Assembly (NCBI GenBank): GCA_023265135.1
Contig: JAHFUM010000004.1
Coordinates: 83,036 to 92,411 of the forward strand
Reading direction: 5' to 3'
Length of the DNA stretch: 9,376 nucleotides
Source: Nitrosarchaeum sp.
GTDB taxonomy: Archaea > Thermoproteota > Nitrososphaeria > Nitrososphaerales > Nitrosopumilaceae
Shown here: positions 1-5,801 of the stretch, piece by piece
Layout of the letters: every line of letters starts with the position of its first letter
How positions within the stretch are numbered: the first letter of the stretch is position 1
Made by a program: the position numbers and the translations under genes
Notes under the pieces: model-generated
What the model saw: the letters and a program-made list of their open reading frames with translations, nothing else
What the model was told of the DNA's origin: nothing
Database searches by the model: none

Positions 1-327
1 TTTCAAATAAATAAGAACTTGGGTCATTCAAAAAATAGAGAATTATCAGACATGCAAAAATGAAGAATCTTTTAGAGATACTCGAGAAACAGATTCACAT
101 GGTGTTCGACTAGAGCCCAACAAGAGATCGCCCTGTTTCTCGGTGGTAATATATGGTATTTTTGACTAAAAAGGAACGCGTATAATTTGTTAGACAAGCG
201 ATTAACAATTGTTACCAGATAGTGCCATGGCAGTCTTTGAGAATAATTTTAGAATATTTAACTGAAATAGAGTGACCATACCCTTTGAGGAATTTTACGT
301 TGTAATGGTTTTGTTTACCTCTAAGTG

Positions 328-774
328 TCATAAAACACTCTTGGTAAATGTTAAAGATGATTGTTCAAATCCAATACTTTTGTAAAACTTGTGAGAGTCC
401 TTTCTTTGATTTCCTGACTCTAATCTTATTCTGTAACAATCTTTCTTTTTGGCAAGATCTATGCAATAATGCATCAATTTTTTACCAATGCCTAAACTCC
501 TGAGTTGTTTTGTCACTATTAATTCAGGAATGTACATCTCAAGTTTTGCACGATTTAGTCGCCTCAGAAGAATTATGCTTACGAATCCTACAATTTTTGA
601 ATCTTGCTTTGCAACTAAAATTGTTTTTTGTGAGTCTGAAAAATAATCCTTAATCTTATTTTTGAATATTTTGATTTCTTTTTCATCTATTGGTATTGGT
701 CTGTCAAGATCGTAAAGAAGTTCAAGAATAAATGGAATGTCTTTGTCAGTTGCTTTTACTATTGAAATTTCCAT
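328..774 (-). CDS. GNAT-family N-acetyltransferase
   Basis: 148-aa ORF with the GNAT acetyl-CoA motif A (ELIVTKQLRSLGIGKKLM, i.e. Q/R-x-x-G-x-G) and the C-terminal SHKFYKSIGFE motif. Size is typical of single-domain GNATs. Confidence 0.85.
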   Translation of the reverse strand: MEISIVKATDKDIPFILELLYDLDRPIPIDEKEIKIFKNKIKDYFSDSQKTILVAKQDSKIVGFVSIILLRRLNRAKLEMYIPELIVTKQLRSLGIGKKLMHYCIDLAKKKDCYRIRLESGNQRKDSHKFYKSIGFEQSSLTFTKSVL

Positions 775-797
775 GTATAGTAAATTGCATATAGAAT

Positions 798-810
798 TTT
801 AAACACTTTT
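798..810 (-). promoter_or_regulatory. TATA-like TTTAAA with upstream A-rich BRE-like stretch for the GNAT gene
   Basis: On the minus strand, AAAAGTG-TTTAAA reads from 810 down to 798. The first T of TTTAAA (803) is 29 nt from the A of the ATG (774), the same geometry as the + strand cassettes but without their extended sequence. Confidence 0.45.
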
Positions 811-840
811 CCTAAATCCTTAAGTTAATACAAAAATTAG
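809..840 (+). promoter_or_regulatory. Promoter cassette copy 1 (BRE/TATA-like, CTTAAG 819-824)
   Basis: ttcctaaatccttaagttaatacaaaaattag lies directly before ATG 841. CTTAAG is 22 nt from ATG 841 and 28 nt from the in-frame ATG 847. Confidence 0.6.
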
Positions 841-1254
841 ATGGTTATGGGGAATGCAGGTCTTGGAATAACTGTAGTATTCTTTTGGGCTTTGGCCACT
901 TTTTTATTTATTACGGGTGAATATGGATATTGGTTCATAGTTGGGATTATAGGATTAGTATCATCATTTATTTACGCTGGTCAAAGTTCTCTCAAAAAAG
1001 AAGAAAAAAAATACATTTTAAGTTCACTTCCACAATACTCTAGTTCTGCATCTCCTGTATCTGAATATGATTTACAAAATAATTTTACAAATTTTTCATG
1101 GCGCGAAATGGAAGAACTGACAGGAAAATTATTTGAGAAAAAAGGGTATTCAGTTGAAGTCACTAAATCTACAGGAGATTTTGGGTTGATGTTTATGCCA
1201 AAAAAGCAATGCGATTCCAATTACAGAAAATACGATAGGAATTACAAGTTCTGA
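841..1254 (+). CDS. 2-TM membrane protein with the N-terminal part of an Mrr-like (Mrr_cat, PD-(D/E)xK) restriction endonuclease domain; probably truncated or frameshifted
   Basis: Two hydrophobic helices (GLGITVVFFWALATFLFITG, YWFIVGIIGLVSSFIYAG) are followed by FSWREMEELTGKLFEKKGYSVEVTKSTGDFG, which matches the start of Mrr_cat (..FE.lv..ll...GY.vevt..sgDgG). The expected G-(I/V)-D continuation (VDVYAKK) appears only in the -1 frame from nt 1185. The ORF stops about 23 codons later and lacks the rest of the domain. The true start may be ATG 847. Confidence 0.5.
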   Translation: MVMGNAGLGITVVFFWALATFLFITGEYGYWFIVGIIGLVSSFIYAGQSSLKKEEKKYILSSLPQYSSSASPVSEYDLQNNFTNFSWREMEELTGKLFEKKGYSVEVTKSTGDFGLMFMPKKQCDSNYRKYDRNYKF

Positions 1255-1332
1255 TTGATATGCCACACTAACTTTGTATGATCTTATTTTCTTAAGCTTT
1301 ACGTCAACACTGCATGTCTTCCCTCATAATTC

Positions 1333-1380
1333 GGGGGGATACCATTTTTATTCTCTGTCAATAAAAAATAGAATGCCCCC
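1333..1380. terminator. Possible bidirectional termination region between convergent genes
   Basis: A G6 run (1333-1338) and a C5 run (1376-1380) flank an inner ATTCT/AGAAT inverted repeat. There is a T5 tract on + (1345-1349) and a T6 tract on - (complement of A6 at 1363-1368). Archaeal termination typically uses oligo-T tracts. Confidence 0.3.
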
Positions 1381-1398
1381 AAAATAGGCAGTAAAACA

Positions 1399-1413
1399 TG
1401 ACGCTTGTCGTAA
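1399..1413 (+). repeat. Left copy of a 15-nt direct repeat, tgacgcttGtcgtaa
   Basis: 14 of 15 nt are identical to 2477-2491, in the same orientation. Each copy is followed by a (G/T)TTAAG-containing cassette-like sequence. Confidence 0.7.
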
Positions 1414-1445
1414 AAGTTAAGAAAACAATAGATTAGAAAAATTAA
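1414..1445 (+). promoter_or_regulatory. Orphan, degenerate promoter-cassette copy (GTTAAG 1416-1421) with no downstream + strand ORF
   Basis: aaagttaagaaaacaatagattagaaaaatt aligns with small indels to the cassette core (cTTAAGttcatACAAaatTTAGAAAAtc). The position 29 nt downstream has no start codon and runs antisense into the 3' end of the minus-strand protease gene. Confidence 0.4.
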
Positions 1446-1458
1446 ATTTTACAGTAAA

Positions 1459-2319
1459 TCAATAAAGTTTGTTAATACCTGCAATGTCGCCAGTATTCAG
1501 ATCACGTTTCTTAGTTTCACCATTAGACGCATATGCATACATGGTTTCCTCAGTGCAGCTATTACTTGGATGTCCCATTCCTGCTGCATGGCCTATTTCA
1601 TGAGTTGCAATATTTTGCAAGTCCATCTTGCCTGATTCCCCGCTATTGCTCCAGCTAAAGTCTTTAGTATCGTAAATTTGATCCCATTCTACAATTTGTC
1701 TCTGTGATGGGGAACCTGAAGTACTCCAAACCCAAGTGGCAGCAATTACACCATTGCTTGCAATATCGCCAAATGCAACCTCGTTAACACCATTCACGGA
1801 ATTACCAATAGAACTAGCATCGACTACAATATTACTGTCATATGATCCAAAGATAGCATTTCCAGCAGGATCTGCAATTTCCCATTGACTAGCTGCAGTT
1901 TGTAAAATATCAGTGGCACCAGTTACAGGTATACCATCTGTTGAAACTCCCCAATTTTCTTCGGATTTCCATTTAGCGCCATTTGAAATGTAAGAGTAAC
2001 ATGTTGTGCCTCCTCCACTTTTAGCTCCATGTCCAGAAACATCAGAAGGTTTTGCAAGTTCTTTATCTGAAAATACATACAAAGTTCCTTGCAGGATTTG
2101 ACCATCATGGACTTTGTAGCCTAAATCATATACTCCATCTCCAATTTTTTTGGCATTTTCTGGAATGGAAACTACTGTCATTTCTTTTGCTTTAGAGTTT
2201 GCATTTTCATTTGGGGCAGCCATAGCCTGAGTTACAACTGTACCAATAAACAAAACTCCAATTATTGCAAAGACGATTATCTTATTGTTCACTATGACAA
2301 GAATATCCAATTTTGCCAT
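1459..2319 (-). CDS. Secreted zinc metalloprotease, metzincin clan, matrixin-like (MEROPS M10-like)
   Basis: N-terminal signal peptide (IIVFAIIGVLFIGTVVTQAMA/AP). Extended zinc motif HEIGHAAGMGH (HExxHxxGxxH) with the Met-turn TMYAY downstream. C-terminal DIAGINKLY resembles the D-D-I-x-G-I-Q-x-L-Y end of matrixin catalytic domains. Confidence 0.85.
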   Translation of the reverse strand: MAKLDILVIVNNKIIVFAIIGVLFIGTVVTQAMAAPNENANSKAKEMTVVSIPENAKKIGDGVYDLGYKVHDGQILQGTLYVFSDKELAKPSDVSGHGAKSGGGTTCYSYISNGAKWKSEENWGVSTDGIPVTGATDILQTAASQWEIADPAGNAIFGSYDSNIVVDASSIGNSVNGVNEVAFGDIASNGVIAATWVWSTSGSPSQRQIVEWDQIYDTKDFSWSNSGESGKMDLQNIATHEIGHAAGMGHPSNSCTEETMYAYASNGETKKRDLNTGDIAGINKLY

Positions 2320-2476
2320 AAAAGTATTGCTGTTTTGCTATTAGTGTGTCACAATTATTTTATGACAGAATAGCGAGTCTAGTTTGGGTTATATTTGTCA
2401 CATTTGCAGATTATATCTCAAGTCATCTTTTATCTAGATTATATGATTTGAATTGGAATGAATTACGTTTAGAAAC

Positions 2477-2491
2477 TGACGCTTATCGTAA
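2477..2491 (+). repeat. Right copy of the 15-nt direct repeat, tgacgcttAtcgtaa
   Basis: Pairs with 1399-1413. It is followed by cggcttttaagcaaaatat, a cassette-like remnant lacking the TTCATA segment. Confidence 0.7.
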
Positions 2492-2512
2492 CGGCTTTTA
2501 AGCAAAATATGA

Positions 2513-2549
2513 TCAAGTTAATTTATCAGTTATGAAATTATGATCTTAC
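2513..2549 (+). promoter_or_regulatory. Probable TATA-like promoter of the PH/SHOCT gene
   Basis: tcaagttaatttatc contains the A/T hexamer ATTTAT at 2521-2526, 29 nt before TTG 2550, which is the same leaderless geometry. It has only weak resemblance to the cassette (caagttaat vs ttaagttaat). Confidence 0.35.
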
Positions 2550-3107
2550 TTGTTTGGAAAGAAAAAAGATGAGGAACGTGAATATTCTTTTGACTTGTCA
2601 GAATTTTCTGAAAAAGAACAAGATGAAATAAAACGAGTAAAAACCCTCTTAGAAGTATCTGAAATTATCAAAACTGTAGCACGTCAAAGTAGAATTATGC
2701 CTGGAGGTTCTATTATTACTCCAAACATAATCTTTGCAACAAATAAAAGACTAATTCTAAGAAACCCCAATACTCTGGGATTACGAGCTGGAGTAGAATC
2801 AATCCCATATAGCCAAATAAATAAAGTTCATCTTGACAAAGGAGCATTTACATCTGAATTAGTCATGGATGTTGGCCAGTATCAATCAGGGGATAACAAA
2901 CAAACAATTTCAGCCATTCCAAAAAAGAAAGCAGCAGAAATTTTATCAATAATTAATGAACATGTGCGTAATTCTCAGGATCAAAGTAATGTAACAGTAC
3001 AAGAAAAAGTAGAAGATGATCCTCTAGTTATGTTGAAAAAGAGACTAGTCAAAGGAGAAATATCTGTTGAAGAATATGCAAAATTAAAATCAACACTTGA
3101 AAGTTGA
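2550..3107 (+). CDS. Bacterial-type PH-like (bPH) domain protein with C-terminal SHOCT domain
   Basis: The core ITPNIIFATNKRLILRNPNTLGLRAGVESIPYSQINKVHLDKGAFTSELVM fits the bPH pattern (TnkRli.....es.iPy..I..v....g.....l.i). The C-terminal DPLVMLKKRLVKGEISVEEYAKLKSTL fits the SHOCT pattern. It uses a TTG start and has no signal peptide. Confidence 0.75.
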   Translation: MFGKKKDEEREYSFDLSEFSEKEQDEIKRVKTLLEVSEIIKTVARQSRIMPGGSIITPNIIFATNKRLILRNPNTLGLRAGVESIPYSQINKVHLDKGAFTSELVMDVGQYQSGDNKQTISAIPKKKAAEILSIINEHVRNSQDQSNVTVQEKVEDDPLVMLKKRLVKGEISVEEYAKLKSTLES

Positions 3108-3141
3108 AAAGTCTTAAGTGGATACAAAAGTTAAAAGAATA
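3108..3141 (+). promoter_or_regulatory. Promoter cassette copy (CTTAAG 3113-3118), partly diverged
   Basis: aaagtcttaagtggatacaaaagttaaaagaata. CTTAAG is exactly 29 nt before the in-frame GTG 3142. Confidence 0.55.
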
Positions 3142-4413
3142 GTGAAAATTCAGATTTTGTTGATACTGGTTATTCTAATCAGTGTAATCTCAATCAATAA
3201 TGCATTTGCAGATAGAAATTGCAAAACGGATTATGTGTGTGTCCTTCCTGGAGATTTTTTAAAATATGCGTCACATCCAACGGTGGGTTATAGTTTCGAA
3301 GATGGTTCAGGATGCTGCATAGGTAATCTTACTTATGCATTTGAGGATTTTATAGACATCAATCACATTAAAGTAAATTTAAAATTCGATAGTGAAGATG
3401 GATCACATCATTATTCCCAAAAAAGAGTAATGGATATTTCAACTGGCCTATTAGGATCTCCAGAAAAGATAACTGAACCGATCTTTGAACACATGTTATT
3501 TGGGAATGAAATACCACATATTCTTTATTCCATTAGCCCAACCTTGTTAACATATGACAAAACGTTAGCAAGAAACGAAGGAGTGGTGGATATTACAATC
3601 GAGGAAGGGAATTGGGGTGCAGATAGAAAAACAATCTTTCTAAAAAGCCCTGGCCAAACCAATACAAATGGTTTTGATGAACCTGCTCTTTTTTCGGGAT
3701 ATGAAATTAATGTTTTCTTTGATAAAGAAACACACGTGATAGTTTATTCAGCTAAAATAGATCATCAAACTTCTGCCACATATTACGATAGTCATTATGC
3801 TTTAGTCGAGACCAATGTTTTTGGGTCTAACAATAATAGTGGGGAATCATCAAAAACAGCAGTTCCACAATTAAGCACCAATAAAATCACAATTCCATCA
3901 TCTGGTAAATCTGAGGAAATAATTCTATACGGTAATGTTGCTAATCATAAAAGAGGCACTCCTTTGGCTATCACTTTAATTAATCCTGATGATACTGTGC
4001 AAACTTTTGCTGCAGTTCTAACTGATAATGGTGATTATCGAACTGCCTTCTCAATAAATGCAGATTCACCATCTGGAGTTTATAAAATTCAATTGTTTCA
4101 CAACGGAGCCAATGTTGGAACAGTTTCATTTATTGCTTCTAAAAATATTCCTGATTGGATTAAAAACAATGCAAAGTGGTGGTCAGGTGGACAAATAAAA
4201 GATTCAGAATTTCTTAAAGGAATTGAATATTTGGTTCAAAAAAATATTATTCATATTAATAAAAATACTCAAGAATCAGACAATCAGAGCAAAAATATTC
4301 CTGATTGGATTAAAAACAATGCAAAGTGGTGGTCTGAAGGGCTAATCACCGAAGATGATTTTCTCAAAGGAATTGAATTTCTGGTACACCAAGGAATAAT
4401 CATAGTAAATTAG
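3142..4413 (+). CDS. Secreted protein of unknown function with a central beta-rich region and two C-terminal W-rich 40-aa modules
   Basis: The ORF is open from GTG 3118, but that codon overlaps the CTTAAG core. GTG 3142 lies at the canonical 29-nt spacing and gives a clean signal peptide, (M)KIQILLILVILISVISINNAFA/DRN. The C-terminus carries KNIPDWIKNNAKWWS..(D/E)FLKGIE(Y/F)LV...II twice. Confidence 0.75.
   Translation: MKIQILLILVILISVISINNAFADRNCKTDYVCVLPGDFLKYASHPTVGYSFEDGSGCCIGNLTYAFEDFIDINHIKVNLKFDSEDGSHHYSQKRVMDISTGLLGSPEKITEPIFEHMLFGNEIPHILYSISPTLLTYDKTLARNEGVVDITIEEGNWGADRKTIFLKSPGQTNTNGFDEPALFSGYEINVFFDKETHVIVYSAKIDHQTSATYYDSHYALVETNVFGSNNNSGESSKTAVPQLSTNKITIPSSGKSEEIILYGNVANHKRGTPLAITLINPDDTVQTFAAVLTDNGDYRTAFSINADSPSGVYKIQLFHNGANVGTVSFIASKNIPDWIKNNAKWWSGGQIKDSEFLKGIEYLVQKNIIHINKNTQESDNQSKNIPDWIKNNAKWWSEGLITEDDFLKGIEFLVHQGIIIVN
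4141..4413 (+). repeat. Intragenic 150-bp-period duplication encoding the W-rich module
   Basis: 4141-4184 and 4291-4334 are identical over 44 nt. The rest of the two modules is clearly related but much more diverged. Confidence 0.85.
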
Positions 4414-4425
4414 ATTTCAAACTAT

Positions 4426-4464
4426 TTCCTAAAACCTTAAGTTCATACAATATTTAGAAAACAT
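4426..4464 (+). promoter_or_regulatory. Promoter cassette copy (CTTAAG 4436-4441)
   Basis: ttcctaaaaccttaagttcatacaatatttagaaaacat. CTTAAG is 29 nt before ATG 4465. Confidence 0.65.
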
Positions 4465-4662
4465 ATGAAAATCTGGATCAAAGTAATAATTGCAGGCATC
4501 ATAATTTTCTTTATAGGTGTCTTTTACATAACTGCCGCAGGCGGTGCAATGTTTATGGCCGGTTTTCCAGGTTTAATAATTTCATTAATCGGAGGTGTAG
4601 TGTTTGTGGTTGGTGTTTTAGCTGGATTACAACGCGGTTACAGACGTATGATGGGAGAATAA
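4465..4662 (+). CDS. Small (65 aa) two-helix membrane protein, unknown function
   Basis: Two hydrophobic, Gly-rich spans (IKVIIAGIIIFFIGVFYITAAGG and FPGLIISLIGGVVFVVGVLAGL) with a basic tail RGYRRMMGE. It has its own cassette at canonical spacing. Confidence 0.6.
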   Translation: MKIWIKVIIAGIIIFFIGVFYITAAGGAMFMAGFPGLIISLIGGVVFVVGVLAGLQRGYRRMMGE

Positions 4663-4675
4663 CTCTAAAATTTGT

Positions 4676-4722
4676 TCTCCTAAAAACTTAAGTTCATACA
4701 AAATTAAGAGAATTTCAGATTA
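4676..4722 (+). promoter_or_regulatory. Promoter cassette copy (CTTAAG 4687-4692), long-spacer variant
   Basis: tctcctaaaaacttaagttcatacaaaattaagagaatttcagatta. CTTAAG is 36 nt before ATG 4723, and no alternative in-frame start exists because of a TAA at 4705-4707. Confidence 0.6.
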
Positions 4723-5106
4723 ATGAAAACTATCATAATTATCATATTAGCCATCATAGTCAGTCTAGTGATTATAGGAGGAGGATTAGGAGCCTTTATT
4801 TCAAATGTTGGGGAAGGTACAGAAAAAATAAAACAAAATGAGCAAGTACAAGAAATAACAAGTAAAATTTCATCTAAACTCAATCCAGATAAAGTTGTAA
4901 AGTCTGAAAGCGCTGTCATTCAAGATAAGCCTGTAGAGACTCAAGCAAGTCAAAATAACTGTGATTCATCATATCCTGATGTTTGTATTGCTCCATATCC
5001 ACCAGACTTGGATTGTGGGGAAATTTCGTACAAAAACTTTAGAGTATTATCACCAGACCCACACAGATTTGATGGAGATCATGATGGAATAGGTTGTGAA
5101 AAATAA
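4723..5106 (+). CDS. Membrane-anchored protein with C-terminal Excalibur-type calcium-binding domain
   Basis: N-terminal anchor (TIIIIILAIIVSLVIIGGGLGAFI). The C-terminal CDSSYPDVCIAPYPPDLDCGEISYKNFRVLSPDPHRFDGDHDGIGCE contains the Excalibur signature DxDxDGxxCE and the commonly associated PPDLDCGDI..F.V...DPH..D block. Confidence 0.75.
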   Translation: MKTIIIIILAIIVSLVIIGGGLGAFISNVGEGTEKIKQNEQVQEITSKISSKLNPDKVVKSESAVIQDKPVETQASQNNCDSSYPDVCIAPYPPDLDCGEISYKNFRVLSPDPHRFDGDHDGIGCEK

Positions 5107-5112
5107 CTCTAT

Positions 5113-5150
5113 TTCTAAATCCTTAAGTTTTTAAAAAATTTAGAAAATCA
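5113..5150 (+). promoter_or_regulatory. Promoter cassette copy (CTTAAG 5122-5127) with perfect 8-bp dyad arms
   Basis: ttctaaatccttaagtttttaaaaaatttagaaaatca. TTCTAAAT (5113-5120) and ATTTAGAA (5138-5145) are exact reverse complements. CTTAAG is 29 nt before TTG 5151. Confidence 0.65.
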
Positions 5151-5801
5151 TTGAAAAAAATTCTGTTTGTACCTTTGGGGTTGTTTTTGGTTGGCGTAGT
5201 TGCATCCTTGTATCTTAGTGGTATCTTTGAATTTAACCAAGAAAATTTAAACAAATCAATTCAAATTTCAAATCCATTACAAATGTATAAAATTGATAGC
5301 ACGTGTGAACTCGCATTTGCGATTCAAACTAATCATGAAACTGGATATAATGGAGCATTACACCTAGATAAAACTCGATTTGAAAATGATCTAAAGGAGA
5401 TAAGCCAAGAAAAACAGAAGATGTTAGAAGAACATGATAGTCTTTGGGGTTATACAGCAGAAGGCAAACAAGCAATTGCAAATATTTGGGAAAAATTATA
5501 TGAATTACAAATTGATAATATAATGACTTACAATTCAATACACCCAAAATTAAGAGATTCTGTTAAATCAGTCGTAGAAAACATGTTTCAAGCACAACCA
5601 AAATCAACAGAAGAGCAAATCACTGCGATGAATGTTATATTTTTAATTCAATCTGAACCGTACAAAGAGGATCCTGAATGTGGTAAAAAATTTCATGAAC
5701 GTTTTGGAAATGAAACATTCAAAATGCTGAAACAAATTTTTGGCGAAGATAGAGCAACGATTGAATATGATAAAATAAAGAAAATTATCTACGGTAATTG
5801 A
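5151..5801 (+). CDS. N-terminally anchored, predominantly helical protein of unknown function
   Basis: 216-aa ORF. The TTG start at canonical cassette spacing gives the signal/anchor (M)KKILFVPLGLFLVGVVASLYLSG, and the first in-frame ATG would delete it. I recognise no family. Confidence 0.65.
   Translation: MKKILFVPLGLFLVGVVASLYLSGIFEFNQENLNKSIQISNPLQMYKIDSTCELAFAIQTNHETGYNGALHLDKTRFENDLKEISQEKQKMLEEHDSLWGYTAEGKQAIANIWEKLYELQIDNIMTYNSIHPKLRDSVKSVVENMFQAQPKSTEEQITAMNVIFLIQSEPYKEDPECGKKFHERFGNETFKMLKQIFGEDRATIEYDKIKKIIYGN

Noticed and set aside
1-27. Partial minus-strand CDS starting at ATG 27 and leaving the window
   Set aside because: Only 9 codons are visible and there is no TATA-like hexamer at the 29-nt spacing. 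That is too little evidence to call a feature.
95-150. Possible tRNA or T-arm-like sequence (ggtgttcgactagagccc) at the left end
   Set aside because: I could not fold an acceptor stem, D-arm or anticodon arm around it. The GTTCGA-like string lacks a flanking complementary T-stem.
1017-1043. Cassette-like string ttttaagttcacttccacaatactctag inside ORF 841-1254, suggesting the ORF is a fusion of a small 2-TM gene and an Mrr gene across a dead cassette
   Set aside because: Only a 9-nt exact core (TTAAGTTCA) matches, which is plausible by chance in about 19 kb of two-strand A/T-rich sequence. There is no start codon at the 29-nt position. TM-helix plus Mrr_cat is a natural architecture.
981-1220. 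Antisense ORFs in the six-frame track: 981-1220(-), 1923-2108(-), 4704-4919(-), 5329-5547(-), 7682-7870(-), 7834-8085(-), 8541-8726(-)
   Set aside because: Each lies entirely inside a longer opposite-strand or same-strand ORF that has recognisable domains or a signal peptide. They have low-complexity or Cys/Phe/Leu-rich shadow-frame composition, no cassette or TATA at the 29-nt spacing, and no family resemblance.
2540-2572. Alternative ATG 2540 start for the PH/SHOCT gene, joined to the main frame by slippage in the A6 run (2562-2567)
   Set aside because: The ATG frame stops after 10 codons and would need a frameshift. TTG 2550 is in frame, lies 29 nt from an A/T hexamer like the other genes, and non-AUG starts are used elsewhere in the window.
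4699-4711. 13-nt exact repeat caaaattaagaga shared by the 4723 cassette (4699-4711) and the coding region at 5545-5557
   Set aside because: By rough estimate, a few exact 13-mers are expected by chance in a window of this size and A/T bias, and the flanks do not align.
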